A stretch of 64,000 nt of DNA, from positions 551 to 64,550 of the forward strand of contig CANQHC010000007.1 in NCBI GenBank assembly GCA_947623595.1. The letters are read 5' to 3'. The notes beneath the pieces were generated by a model that was given only the letters and a program-made list of their open reading frames with translations, made no database searches and was not told the origin of the DNA. A program made the position numbers and the translations under genes. Position 1 is the stretch's first letter. Each line of letters starts with the position of its first letter. Positions 28,333 through 39,108 of this stretch are shown piece by piece. Source of the DNA: an uncultured Clostridia bacterium. Its GTDB lineage: Bacteria > Bacillota > Clostridia > TANB77 > CAG-508.

Positions 28333-30207
28333 CTAATCTAGTTCAAAAGCACCTGTATATAATTTATAATATTGTCCTTTTTGAGCAATCAATTCTTCAT
28401 GATTTCCTCTTTCTATTATTTTTCCCTTATCTAACACCATTATAGCTTTTGCATTTCTTACTGTTGAAAGTCTATGAGCAATTACAAACACAGTTCTTCC
28501 TTCCATTAATTTATCCATTCCATTTTGTACTATTTTTTCTGTTCTAGTATCAATGCTTGAAGTTGCTTCATCAAGTATCATTACTGGTGGATCACAAAGT
28601 GCACATCTAGCGATTGCCAAAAGTTGCCTTTGGCCTTGTGACAAATTTGCTCCATCTCCTGAAAGTTTTGTATCATATCCATTTGGAAGTCTAGATATAA
28701 AGTCATGTGCATTTGCAAGTTTTGCTGCTTCTATAACTTCTTCATCTGTTGCATCCTCTTTTCCATATCTTATATTTTCTTTTATTGTTCCTGTAAATAA
28801 ATTAGTGTCCTGAAGAACCATTCCTAGTGATAATCTTAAATCATGTTTTTTTATTTTGTTTATATTTATACCATCATATCTAATCTTTCCGTCTTCAATA
28901 TCATAGAAGCGGTTAAGTAAATTGGTAATCGTAGTTTTTCCAGCTCCAGTTGCACCAACAAAGGCGATCTTTTGTCCAGGTTTTGCATATAAACTAATAT
29001 TATGTAATACTGTCTTATTTTCTTCATATGCAAAATCCACATCTAAAAGTTCAATATATCCTTTTAATTCAATATATTCAATTCTTCCATCTGAATGTGG
29101 ATATTTCCATGCCCATTTTCCGTTTTTTTCATTTACTTCAATAAGTTTGCCATTTTCTTCTTTTACATTTACTAAAGAAACATATCCTTCATCCTTTTCT
29201 GGCTCTTCATCCATAAACTCAAATATTCTTTTTGCTCCTGCAATAGCCATAACTATTGAATTTAATTGACGAGAAACTTGATTTATAGGTCTTATAAATG
29301 TTTTACTTAATTGCAAGAAAGCTACAATTAATCCAACTGTAACATTTCCAATCCCATTAACAGCAAGTAAACCACCAACTAATGCTAGTACTGCATATAA
29401 TGTATTTCCTAAATTTCCATTTACGGGTCCAATGGAATTAACAAATTTATTTGCATTATATACATTTTGTGATAACTCTTCATTTAATTTGTCAAACTTT
29501 TCTTTTGCTCTATCTTCATAGCAAAATACCTTTACTACCTTTTGACCATGTATCATTTCCTCTATATATCCATTCAACTTACCAACTGCTTCTTGTTGCT
29601 TTATAAAATACTTTCCACTCCTTGATGTCATGAATTTAGTTACCAATAATATTATCCCTAGGAAAGCTAAAACTACAATTGTTAAATATATGTTTGTTAT
29701 TATCATTGAAATAAATATTACAACTATGGTTGTAATTACTGAAAATGTTTCTGGTATACTTTGAGATATCATTTGGCTTAATGTATCTGTATCATTAGTA
29801 TAACGACTCATTATATCTCCATGAGAATGTGTATCAAAATATCTTATAGGTAATTTCTGCATATTTATAAACATTTCATCACGAATTTCTTTTAATGTTC
29901 CTTCTGATATTTTAACCATCAATCTAGTAGATAAAAAGCTTGCTATTACACCAATAGCATAAATTATAATCATTGTTACTATTGGCTTTATAAGCACTAT
30001 ATACACAGAGTTTTGATTTCCAACAAGTGGTACTATATAATCATCTATTAAAGTTTGCAAATATAGATTTGCAGCAACTGATGATGCTGTGGTTAGCAAA
30101 AGACAAACTATTACCCAAAATAATCTAAATTTGTAACTTTTAGTAATATATTTTAATACTCTTGCTAAAACTTTAAAGTCTATTTTCCCTTTATTTTTAT
30201 CTTCCAA
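28333..30207 (-). CDS. ABC exporter, fused permease/ATPase (heterodimer partner B)
   Basis: 624 aa with six N-terminal TM helices, Walker A GATGAGKTT, signature LSQGQRQ and Walker B ILDEATS. Confidence 0.9.
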   Translation of the reverse strand: MEDKNKGKIDFKVLARVLKYITKSYKFRLFWVIVCLLLTTASSVAANLYLQTLIDDYIVPLVGNQNSVYIVLIKPIVTMIIIYAIGVIASFLSTRLMVKISEGTLKEIRDEMFINMQKLPIRYFDTHSHGDIMSRYTNDTDTLSQMISQSIPETFSVITTIVVIFISMIITNIYLTIVVLAFLGIILLVTKFMTSRSGKYFIKQQEAVGKLNGYIEEMIHGQKVVKVFCYEDRAKEKFDKLNEELSQNVYNANKFVNSIGPVNGNLGNTLYAVLALVGGLLAVNGIGNVTVGLIVAFLQLSKTFIRPINQVSRQLNSIVMAIAGAKRIFEFMDEEPEKDEGYVSLVNVKEENGKLIEVNEKNGKWAWKYPHSDGRIEYIELKGYIELLDVDFAYEENKTVLHNISLYAKPGQKIAFVGATGAGKTTITNLLNRFYDIEDGKIRYDGININKIKKHDLRLSLGMVLQDTNLFTGTIKENIRYGKEDATDEEVIEAAKLANAHDFISRLPNGYDTKLSGDGANLSQGQRQLLAIARCALCDPPVMILDEATSSIDTRTEKIVQNGMDKLMEGRTVFVIAHRLSTVRNAKAIMVLDKGKIIERGNHEELIAQKGQYYKLYTGAFELD

Positions 30208-31947
30208 TTACTCCTCGCCTCCTTTTGCTTGAGACTCATATACATCTTTATATATTTCATTTGAAGCGAGCAATTCTTCATGAGTTCCTATTGCATCAAT
30301 CATTCCATTATTTAATACAATAATTTTATCAGCATCTTTTACTGATGAAATTCTTTGTGATATGATAATTTTAGTAGTATTAGGAATATCTTCAATAAAT
30401 GCTTTTCTTATTAAGCTATCAGTTTTAGTATCTACTGCACTTGTAGAATCATCCAAAATAAGTATTTTAGGATTTTTTAGTAATGCTCTTGCAATACATA
30501 GTCTTTGTTTTTGTCCTCCTGATACATTTGTTCCACCTTGTTCTATATATGTATCATATCCGTTTGGAAATGTTTGTATGAACTCATCAGCTTGTGCTAA
30601 TTTACAAGCTTTTTCCATTTCTTCATCTGTAGCATCTTCTTTTCCCCAACGAAGATTTTCCTTTATGGTTCCCGAAAATAATTCATTTTTCTGTAGTACC
30701 ATTGCCACCTGATTTCTTAATGATTTAATATCATAATCTCTAACATCAACTCCACCAACTTTTATAGATCCACTTGTTACATCATATAATCTTGGTATTA
30801 ATTGTACTATGGTTGATTTTGATGAACCGGTACCACCAATTATTCCAACTGTTTCTCCTGATTTTATATTTAGGTTTATATCCTTTAAACATAATTTATT
30901 TTTATCGTTTACATAACTAAAATTGACATCTTCAAAAACAATGGACCCATCTTTTACTTCTTTTACTGCATTTTCTTTATTAGTTAAATTACTTTTCTCG
31001 TCCATGAGCTCTACTATTCTTTCACCAGATGCTCTTGAAATCATTATTGTAACAAGTACCATTGAAAGCATCATCAAAGACATTAATATTTGCATGGTAT
31101 AAGATATTAAACTTGTAAATTCTCCAGTTGTTAAATTGTTTCCAATAATTTCAACTCCACCAAACCATGAAATAAGTACAATAATAGTAGCTACTGTAAA
31201 TTGCATCAATGGATTATTTAATGCAACTATTTTTTCAGCTTTTGAAAACTCGTTATATATTAGATCTGACGTTTTATAGAACTTATTTATTTCCTTATCT
31301 TCAGTTACAAATGATTTTACTACCCTAACTCCTCTTACATTTTCTTCAACTGTATTGTTAAGTTTATCATATATTGAAATTGCATGTTCAAATATTGGAT
31401 GTGCTTTTGTTGCAATAAGATATAGTCCTAAACCTAATAATGGAACTGCTAATAAAAATATTAATGCAAGTTTGATATTTATAAAGAATGCCATTATTAA
31501 TGAGAATATAATTATAAGTGGTGCTCTTACAGCCATCCTAATTATCATTTGAAATGCCATTTGAATATTATTTATATCTGTAGTATGTCTTGTTACAATA
31601 CTAGAAGTAGAAAATTTATCAATATTTGAAAAAGAAAAATCTTGTACATTATAATAAATCTTTTTTCTTACATTCTTGGCGAAACCTGCAGTTGCCTTAG
31701 CAGCATAGTCTCCAGATTTTACACCTGTATATATTGCTATAAATGAACATATAATTAATAAAATTCCTATATAAATAATTGTTTTTGAATCACCTTTATT
31801 TATTCCATTGTCTATTAGAAAAGCCATTAAATATGGAATTATAACATCAAATGCACATTCTATTCCTACATATACAGGTGTTAATATGGTTTCTTTTTTA
31901 AATTCTCCTATACACTTAGCTAGTTTCTTAATCATTTTAGCCTCCAC
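30208..31947 (-). CDS. ABC exporter, fused permease/ATPase (heterodimer partner A)
   Basis: 579 aa with Walker A GGTGSSKST, signature VSGGQKQR and Walker B ILDDSTS. Its stop abuts the next gene's start (30207/30208). Confidence 0.9.
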   Translation of the reverse strand: MEAKMIKKLAKCIGEFKKETILTPVYVGIECAFDVIIPYLMAFLIDNGINKGDSKTIIYIGILLIICSFIAIYTGVKSGDYAAKATAGFAKNVRKKIYYNVQDFSFSNIDKFSTSSIVTRHTTDINNIQMAFQMIIRMAVRAPLIIIFSLIMAFFINIKLALIFLLAVPLLGLGLYLIATKAHPIFEHAISIYDKLNNTVEENVRGVRVVKSFVTEDKEINKFYKTSDLIYNEFSKAEKIVALNNPLMQFTVATIIVLISWFGGVEIIGNNLTTGEFTSLISYTMQILMSLMMLSMVLVTIMISRASGERIVELMDEKSNLTNKENAVKEVKDGSIVFEDVNFSYVNDKNKLCLKDINLNIKSGETVGIIGGTGSSKSTIVQLIPRLYDVTSGSIKVGGVDVRDYDIKSLRNQVAMVLQKNELFSGTIKENLRWGKEDATDEEMEKACKLAQADEFIQTFPNGYDTYIEQGGTNVSGGQKQRLCIARALLKNPKILILDDSTSAVDTKTDSLIRKAFIEDIPNTTKIIISQRISSVKDADKIIVLNNGMIDAIGTHEELLASNEIYKDVYESQAKGGEE

Positions 31948-32003
31948 ACTACTTTTTTATAAATAATAAGGTAGTTTTATCTATTCTTTTTTGTTCTCCT
32001 TAA

Positions 32004-34631
32004 TTACTTTAATATATCATTTAAAGTTTCTATTAATTTTTGAATGTCAATTGGTTTAGCTAAATGTCCATTCATTCCTGCCTCTTTAGCTGCATTCTTA
32101 TCTTCTTCAAATGCATTTGCTGTCATAGCAATAATAGGAATATTAGCTATCTTCTTGTTTTTGAATTTTCTAATAACTTTGGTTGCTTCATATCCATCCA
32201 TAATCGGCATCTGAATATCCATTAAAACTAAATCAAAATAACCTGGTTGTGAATTTGATAATATATCACATGCTATTTTTCCATCTTCTGCACATTCTAC
32301 TAAAAATCCAAAATCCTGAAGATATTCTGTTGCAATTTCTCTGTTCATCATATTATCTTCTACAAGTAAAATTCTTCTACCTGAGAAATCTACATCCTGT
32401 TGTTGTACTTGATTTTGATTATTTTTTTCTAACCCACAAACCTTTGTTAATATTCTTGCTAAATCAGATGGGAATAAAGGTTTACTAATAAATTCAGTAA
32501 CACCAGCTTCTTTTGCTTCTTGTTCAATTTCTCCCCAATCATATGCAGAAAGTAAAATTATTGGAGCACTCTTTCCCACTGCTTTTCTAATTCTTCTTGT
32601 GGTTTCAATACCATTCATATCTGGCATTAACCAATCAATAAGATATACTTGATATTTTTCTTTCATCTGGATTGCTTCCTTGCTACGTTCTACTGCTTCT
32701 TTTCCATACATTGTCCAATCAGGTTTTAATCCAAGTTGTCTAAGCATATGAGATATGCTTTGGCAAGAATTCATGTCATCATCAACAACTAATGCTCTTA
32801 CTCCCTGTAATTCCTTGACAATTTCTATATTTTTATGGCTTTCCTGTAATTTGAATTCAAGAGTAACTGTAAATTCACTACCTTTTCCAACTTCACTTTC
32901 TACACTTATAGTTCCTCCCATCATGTCAACAATATTTTTTGTAATAGCCATTCCAAGCCCTGTTCCTTGAATTCCACTAACAGTTGTATTACGTTCTCTT
33001 GCAAATGGTTCAAAAATTTCATCTAAAAATTCTTTTCCTATGCCAATTCCCGTATCCTTTATTTTAAATTCATAAATTCCATAACCTTTTTTAGTTACTT
33101 CTTTTTGAGTGATACGTACTGATATTACTCCTCCCGGTTGTGTAAATTTAATTGCATTTGATATTAAATTTATCAAAATTTGATTTAATCTTAATTTATC
33201 ACAATATATATTTTCATCTGTAACATCAACAGTATCAATAACTAATTCCATTTGCTTTGCATGAATATCTGCTTGTATAATATTTTTTATACCATGAAGT
33301 ATTTCTGCAAGATTTTCTTCTTTTTCTTCAATATTTACTCTTCCTGACTCAATTCTGCTCATGTCTAACACATCATTTATTAAAGAGAGTAAATGATTTG
33401 ATGACTGATTAATTTTTTCTAAATAATCTTTTACACGTTCTTTGTTATCTATATGATTTATTGCAAGTGATGTAAAACCAATGATTGCATTCATCGGTGT
33501 ACGAATGTCATGTGACATATTATTTAAAAACGTCGTTTTTGCTTTACTTGCTTGTTCTGCCATAGCCAGTGCTGATTCTAATTCATCACGATGTTTTACT
33601 TCAAACTTTACTAGTTTCTTTTGAGAATGATTTCTAAAAATTAGCACAATTACAACAAAAACTACAAAAAATACAAATCCCATAAGTCTAGCAATCATCG
33701 TTAGAAGTCTATTACTTCTGTTTTGAAATACTTCTGTTGGTACTGACATTACAAAATACCAGTTTAAGGATTCCATCGGTGTACAAGACATAACTCTTTC
33801 TTTTCCATCTAATACATAACGCACTGAAAAAGATTCTTTTCTTTCTATTTTTTCACGTATTTCTTGTAAAGTAGTATCTTCTATTGTTGCACTTTCCATA
33901 ACCTTAAAGAAATTATCTCTTTCAAAAAGGTTACTATTAGCATATATTGAAACTAAATAGTTTCCAGCCATATCAATTACACTACTATATCCTAATCCAT
34001 TATAGCTATCAATTTTTAGTTCATCTGATAGTGAATAAATATCGTAATAGCATGCAACATATTCAAATGTAACATCATTAACTTTAAAAGGCTCTATCTT
34101 AGCTCCTAATAATAGTAATTCTCTTCTATTATCACCATTAATAATGTCATTATTTTCTCTTCTATATACAAATTTTTCACTTTTAGAATTTTTACATAAT
34201 TCTAGCAATTCTTTATCATCTTTTATTGTATAAGTACTGCTATATGCTTTGCCATCTGACGATACTAAAACAATTGACAATCCTTCTAAGGTTTGTGCTT
34301 TTATGTTTAATTGATCTGTTACATCTTTTATACTGTCTAATTTTGATTGCATAACTTCTGTTGCTACACCTTTTATTTCTCTCCATCTGTGTTCTAACCC
34401 AGACATTATTGCCATTTCATCATGTTTAGATAATTCTTCCATACTTAAAATAGAATTATTAATAATTCTTTCAGTAAACATTTCTGTAAATGCCTTATAT
34501 CCATATAAAATTGCAGGTATTGTAATAATAAGTGAAATTATAATCACAAGATTACTTCTTTTTATTTTTTTAATCCTTGCTCTTATTGTTTTATCTATTT
34601 TTTCTTTTTTATCTTTGTGGCTATTTTTCAT
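32004..34631 (-). CDS. Hybrid sensor histidine kinase with two C-terminal receiver domains
   Basis: 875 aa: TM, periplasmic domain, TM, H-box FLNNMSHDIRTPMNAI, HATPase (GTGLGM), then two REC domains (LVVDDD..., LLVEDNMMN...DLVLMDIQMP). Confidence 0.85.
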   Translation of the reverse strand: MKNSHKDKKEKIDKTIRARIKKIKRSNLVIIISLIITIPAILYGYKAFTEMFTERIINNSILSMEELSKHDEMAIMSGLEHRWREIKGVATEVMQSKLDSIKDVTDQLNIKAQTLEGLSIVLVSSDGKAYSSTYTIKDDKELLELCKNSKSEKFVYRRENNDIINGDNRRELLLLGAKIEPFKVNDVTFEYVACYYDIYSLSDELKIDSYNGLGYSSVIDMAGNYLVSIYANSNLFERDNFFKVMESATIEDTTLQEIREKIERKESFSVRYVLDGKERVMSCTPMESLNWYFVMSVPTEVFQNRSNRLLTMIARLMGFVFFVVFVVIVLIFRNHSQKKLVKFEVKHRDELESALAMAEQASKAKTTFLNNMSHDIRTPMNAIIGFTSLAINHIDNKERVKDYLEKINQSSNHLLSLINDVLDMSRIESGRVNIEEKEENLAEILHGIKNIIQADIHAKQMELVIDTVDVTDENIYCDKLRLNQILINLISNAIKFTQPGGVISVRITQKEVTKKGYGIYEFKIKDTGIGIGKEFLDEIFEPFARERNTTVSGIQGTGLGMAITKNIVDMMGGTISVESEVGKGSEFTVTLEFKLQESHKNIEIVKELQGVRALVVDDDMNSCQSISHMLRQLGLKPDWTMYGKEAVERSKEAIQMKEKYQVYLIDWLMPDMNGIETTRRIRKAVGKSAPIILLSAYDWGEIEQEAKEAGVTEFISKPLFPSDLARILTKVCGLEKNNQNQVQQQDVDFSGRRILLVEDNMMNREIATEYLQDFGFLVECAEDGKIACDILSNSQPGYFDLVLMDIQMPIMDGYEATKVIRKFKNKKIANIPIIAMTANAFEEDKNAAKEAGMNGHLAKPIDIQKLIETLNDILK

Positions 34632-34636
34632 TCACT

Positions 34637-35719
34637 TCACTCCTTCATCGTTTGTTGTTCTTTTTCTGTTGCTTCTATTAAGTCTTCTTTAGCATCATCA
34701 AAACATTCTAATAGCTTAGGTGAAAAAATTCCACATTCTCCATCATGAATCATGCGAATAGCATCTTCAATGGTGAAAGAATTTTTGTAAACTCTTTTAC
34801 TAACAAGTGCATCATAAACATCTGCAACTGATACAACTTGTGCACAAATAGGAATCGCATCTCCTTTTAATCCATCTGGATATCCCCTTCCATCATATCT
34901 TTCATGATGATAACGGCATATATTATAACAATAACGATAAAATTCATTTTCTTCTTGTTTAAAGTTTTCAAGCATTTTGCAACCATAGATAGTATGTTTT
35001 TTCATTTCTGCATATTCTTCTTCTGTTAATTTTCCTGGTTTTAGTAAAATGCTATCTGGAATTGCTATTTTTCCAATATCATGAAGAGCAGATGCATTTA
35101 CCATTAATTCAATCTGTTCATCTGTTAATTGATCTTCTGTATGTAATACTTTCCAATGTCTTAATATGATTTTTGTGAATTTTTTTACTCTTTGTATATG
35201 TTCACCAGATTCTAAGCTTCTAAACTCGACTACAGAACTTAGTGCATTTATCAAGAAGTCATTACTTTGCTCTAGCTTTTTCTTGCTTTCATATAGTTCT
35301 TGAGTTCTAATTTCCAATTCATTTTCAATTGAAATTCTATGCTCAAATAGCTCTATAATATTTTGAGTTCTACGTGTTACTACAGCAGGTTCAAATGGTT
35401 TATAAATAATATCCGATGCTCCAAGCTCATATGCTTTTACATCGCTTTCAACAGTTGCCTCTCCTGTAATCATAATTACTGGAATAGTATCCATCATTCC
35501 ATTAAGTACCATATGTTTCATTACCTCTAGCCCATCTTTTTTTGGCATAATTAAATCAAGAAATAATAAAACAATTTCATCCTTTTTCTCATCTAATATT
35601 TGAATAGCCTCTTCTCCATTACTTGCCTCTAAAATATTAAATTTACCTTCAAAAATATCTTTTAATAATTCTCTATTTATTAGTACATCATCTGCAATTA
35701 ATAATGTATTTCTCTTCAT
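34637..35719 (-). CDS. Response regulator with HD-GYP (c-di-GMP phosphodiesterase-type) output domain
   Basis: REC domain (LLIADDVLINRE...FLDLIMPKKDG) plus HD-GYP (ALHDIGKIAIP...HHERYDGRGYPDGL). Confidence 0.85.
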   Translation of the reverse strand: MKRNTLLIADDVLINRELLKDIFEGKFNILEASNGEEAIQILDEKKDEIVLLFLDLIMPKKDGLEVMKHMVLNGMMDTIPVIMITGEATVESDVKAYELGASDIIYKPFEPAVVTRRTQNIIELFEHRISIENELEIRTQELYESKKKLEQSNDFLINALSSVVEFRSLESGEHIQRVKKFTKIILRHWKVLHTEDQLTDEQIELMVNASALHDIGKIAIPDSILLKPGKLTEEEYAEMKKHTIYGCKMLENFKQEENEFYRYCYNICRYHHERYDGRGYPDGLKGDAIPICAQVVSVADVYDALVSKRVYKNSFTIEDAIRMIHDGECGIFSPKLLECFDDAKEDLIEATEKEQQTMKE

Positions 35720-35733
35720 AACTATTTCCTTTC

Positions 35734-36078
35734 CTATATGACTTTTTTTATTTCATTAACTACTATTTCGTATTTTTCTACGACTTCAGGAAAGATTTCA
35801 ACTGCCTTTTCAAAATTCTTTGCCCTTAGTTCTTCAGTTATTTCTTCTACAACTTTACTAAGTGAACTAAACGCCATATTTTGGCAAACGCCTTTTAATG
35901 TATGTGCTGCTCTAAAAGCAGAATCACAGTCATTCATTTCAATTGCATTTTTCAATTGCATATATGATTCATCTGCTAAAAAAAATTTCAAATATTTTTG
36001 TATACGTTCATCATTTTGCATTCTAGAAATTGCTGTTTCATAATCTCCTTCTATATTTTGGTATAATTGCTTAATCAT
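35734..36078 (-). CDS. Hpt-domain phosphotransfer protein
   Basis: 114 aa. AAHTLKGVCQNMAF is the HxxKG Hpt motif. Confidence 0.75.
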   Translation of the reverse strand: MIKQLYQNIEGDYETAISRMQNDERIQKYLKFFLADESYMQLKNAIEMNDCDSAFRAAHTLKGVCQNMAFSSLSKVVEEITEELRAKNFEKAVEIFPEVVEKYEIVVNEIKKVI

Positions 36079-36247
36079 GACATCCTCTCCTTTTAAAAAT
36101 TTTATCGCCTATTTTTCGTAATTGTATCTTTCTTATATCATTCCTTATAGAAAAAGTCAATTAATAACATATTTTACTATAAATTTATAACTAGATAATT
36201 TACATTCTTTTTACTTTATTGATATAATCCTCTTAGGAGGTTATATT

Positions 36248-37927
36248 ATGCTTTATACTATTGTTAATATGATATTGGTTATTATTGCTTTAGTCTTTAT
36301 CTTTTTAGGTCTATATTCAAAGAAGGATTTGCAAGGCAATACTATAACTAACTTTTATAAAAAATTAAAATTATTTGTAAATGAAAATTACAAATTTTTA
36401 ATAATATTTCTTTTTATTGTAACAGTCTTTACATCTATTTATAAAATAGGTACAGTTCCATATGGTATGCATGTGGATGAAGCGGGTATGGCATATGATG
36501 CTATTTCAATTTCAAAATACGGAGTTGATAGATATTTAAACCAATTTCCTGTTTACCTAACTAACTACGGTGGCGGTCAAAGCGCAATGTATGCATATCT
36601 TGCAATCCCATTTATAAAATTATTTGGCTATAGTCCAATAGCTGTTAGAATGCCTGCTGTTATACTTAGACTAATCATTTTTATTTGTGGCTTTTTTACA
36701 ATAAAAAACGAAAAAAGCAAAACGAAAAGCTTAACATTCCTACTTTTGTTAACAACTGTTCCTTATTTTATTATGCAATCTAGGTGGGGCCTTGACTGCA
36801 ACTTATTAGTAGGATTTTTAACTATTTCAATTTGCTTATTAATACAAGCGATTAATAAAAATTCTTATAAAATATTAATTGCAAGTGGAATATTATTTGG
36901 ATTAAGTTTATATACCTATGCACTTTCTTATATTATAATTCCTATTTTATTATTTTTTATTTGCATTTATCTTTTATATATAAAAAAATTAAATTTTAGA
37001 AAACTAATAGTCTTAGGAATACCTATTTTTTTATTAGCACTTCCACTTATGCTAATGATATTAATTAATAATGGATATACAAATGAATTTAAAGGTTTTA
37101 TTACAATTCCTCTCCTAAGAAATTATAGAGGAGCAGAAATTTCTTTGCATAATATTCCAAACAATTTATATATTTTTACTTCAATTTTAAGTTATGACAA
37201 TCCTGGAGTATTTGGAAATCTGCTAATTTATAATTCTTTACCTTATTTTGGTACAATATATTACTTTACTATACCATTTTTTATTATTGGTTTATTAGAC
37301 TCATTTACAAAATTGTATCATTCTATCAAGAAAAAAGAATTTAATATAAGTAACATTTTTCTATTTTGGCTTTTCAGTGTTGTTATTTGTCAATTACTAA
37401 TTGTAGAACCAAATATCAATAAAGCTAATGCTATTTTTGTACCAATTGTATATTTTTCAGCTATGGGAATTGTATATTGCAGTAAAAAAATCAAGTTATT
37501 AATTGTACTTATTTGCATCATATTACTTATAAATTTTGCTTTGTTCTTCAACTATTATTTTTACCATTATAATGAAGATAATATGAATCAATACTTTTTT
37601 GCAACAAGTTATTTAGATGCTGTAGAATATGCAAGAAGCCTTCAAAAAGAAACAATTTACATTGAACCCAATTTAACATCTCAAAGCTATATTCACATAC
37701 TGTTAAATAATCAAGTTTCACCTTATGAATATAGTGAAAATAATATAAAAACTACTTATAATAATAGTGAAATTACATATGTTTTTGGAATTCCTGAAGA
37801 AATTTCTGATATGAATGCAGTTTATATTATTGGAAATAATGATTACTTATTAAATTTATTAAAGTCTTACAATTTTAGTGTTGCAAACTTTGGAAATATT
37901 TCAGTATTTTACCAAAATAATAACTAA
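36248..37927 (+). CDS. Polytopic glycosyltransferase-39/ArnT-like membrane protein
   Basis: 559 aa with more than 10 TM helices. The first-loop motif YGMHVDEAGMAYDAISISKYGVDRY resembles the PMT/ArnT DE motif. Confidence 0.55.
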   Translation: MLYTIVNMILVIIALVFIFLGLYSKKDLQGNTITNFYKKLKLFVNENYKFLIIFLFIVTVFTSIYKIGTVPYGMHVDEAGMAYDAISISKYGVDRYLNQFPVYLTNYGGGQSAMYAYLAIPFIKLFGYSPIAVRMPAVILRLIIFICGFFTIKNEKSKTKSLTFLLLLTTVPYFIMQSRWGLDCNLLVGFLTISICLLIQAINKNSYKILIASGILFGLSLYTYALSYIIIPILLFFICIYLLYIKKLNFRKLIVLGIPIFLLALPLMLMILINNGYTNEFKGFITIPLLRNYRGAEISLHNIPNNLYIFTSILSYDNPGVFGNLLIYNSLPYFGTIYYFTIPFFIIGLLDSFTKLYHSIKKKEFNISNIFLFWLFSVVICQLLIVEPNINKANAIFVPIVYFSAMGIVYCSKKIKLLIVLICIILLINFALFFNYYFYHYNEDNMNQYFFATSYLDAVEYARSLQKETIYIEPNLTSQSYIHILLNNQVSPYEYSENNIKTTYNNSEITYVFGIPEEISDMNAVYIIGNNDYLLNLLKSYNFSVANFGNISVFYQNNN

Positions 37928-37950
37928 TCTCATATTTTGCTTAATTTTCA

Positions 37951-38000
37951 AAAATAAGATGTCATGTCTAAAAATATTTACATGGCATCTTATTTTTTAT
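37951..38000. terminator. Bidirectional terminator between convergent genes
   Basis: 16-bp stem AAAATAAGATGTCATG/CATGGCATCTTATTTT (one G-T pair) followed by a T-run. Confidence 0.7.
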
Positions 38001-38016
38001 ATTAATTTTTCCTTAC

Positions 38017-38334
38017 TTAATAATCTTTTATTTCAAAGTAATTATATGAATTGCAATCTAGTTTATCTTCAAAAAAAATTGAAAGATTTTTTGTTTTTAT
38101 TAATTTTTCTTTATCCTTTTTTTCCAAATTTTTAATTTGAAATTCTAATTTGGAAGCTAAAATTCTGTTTTTACTTTCCCACACTGCTTCTATATTCTTT
38201 ACTCGATGCCTTAATGTATATTTAGCACATTTATCTCCTTGAGTAACATGCTCATTCCATCTACGTTTTACATCAGTGGTAATCCCTGTATAAATTGAAT
38301 TATCTATGCATCTAATCATATAAGTATAATACAT
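38017..38334 (-). CDS. GIY-YIG nuclease family protein (UPF0213-type)
   Basis: [29 protein letters not shown] is the canonical GIY-YIG head. Confidence 0.8.
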   Translation of the reverse strand: MYYTYMIRCIDNSIYTGITTDVKRRWNEHVTQGDKCAKYTLRHRVKNIEAVWESKNRILASKLEFQIKNLEKKDKEKLIKTKNLSIFFEDKLDCNSYNYFEIKDY

Positions 38335-38512
38335 GTTTTCTTTTCCTTTTATTTTAATTTTTTATAAAAAATGTATGGACTTTTTTCTTTTAATTGTGTA
38401 TGATTATATCGTACAAATGGAAAAAAAACAATATTTATATTTGTTTTATGAGGATTAATTGAAAATTTCATATTTATCCGTCCTTTGAAAAAAGAAAGTG
38501 AGGAAAATTTTT

Positions 38513-38947
38513 ATGAAAAAAAACATTTTTAAAGTAACTTTTATTTTTTTTATTATATGTGGTATTTTAGGTAGTTATGTATATGCTACAGATATTGACA
38601 TAAATTTACCTAGTATTACACCTCCTGCAAATGAAGATACTAATAATGATCCAGAAACACCTGCTGAGAATCAAACTCCAGATACTGAAGATCCTAATTC
38701 CGAAAATCCTGATGGAGAAAATCCAACTGAAGAGAATCCAGATGGTGAAAATTCTGGTGATGGTTCGGATATTGCACCACTTGATGATGGTTCTGAAACT
38801 ATAGACTCAGAAGTATTACAACCAAGTACACTTTCTAATGCTCCTGAAGATGGATTAGGTACTACTAATATTATTAATATAATATTAATTACAGTTGGTG
38901 TTATTCTTATTTTGCTTTCTATAGCAATTTTAATTCGTTTGAAATAA
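38513..38947 (+). CDS. Secreted acidic low-complexity protein with C-terminal TM anchor
   Basis: A signal-like N-terminus, Pro/Glu/Asn/Asp repeats (ENPDGENPTEENPDGENSGDG) and the C-terminal anchor IINIILITVGVILILLSIAILI. The start at 38513 follows GAGGA. Confidence 0.6.
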   Translation: MKKNIFKVTFIFFIICGILGSYVYATDIDINLPSITPPANEDTNNDPETPAENQTPDTEDPNSENPDGENPTEENPDGENSGDGSDIAPLDDGSETIDSEVLQPSTLSNAPEDGLGTTNIINIILITVGVILILLSIAILIRLK

Positions 38948-38973
38948 TTATCATTTATATACATTTATCTTAT

Positions 38974-39005
38974 AAAACTTTGATTTATGCATCAAAGTTT
39001 TTTTG
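38974..39005 (+). terminator. Rho-independent terminator
   Basis: AAAACTTTGAT/ATCAAAGTTTT stem followed by a T-run. Confidence 0.7.
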
Positions 39006-39108
39006 TTGCTCTTCTCTTCCACTTTTTATCAGAATATTTTAATATAAAAAAATTAATAATAATATTGAGCAATTAAACTCAATTCTGCAAAAAGGAGGTT
39101 TGTCAAAT

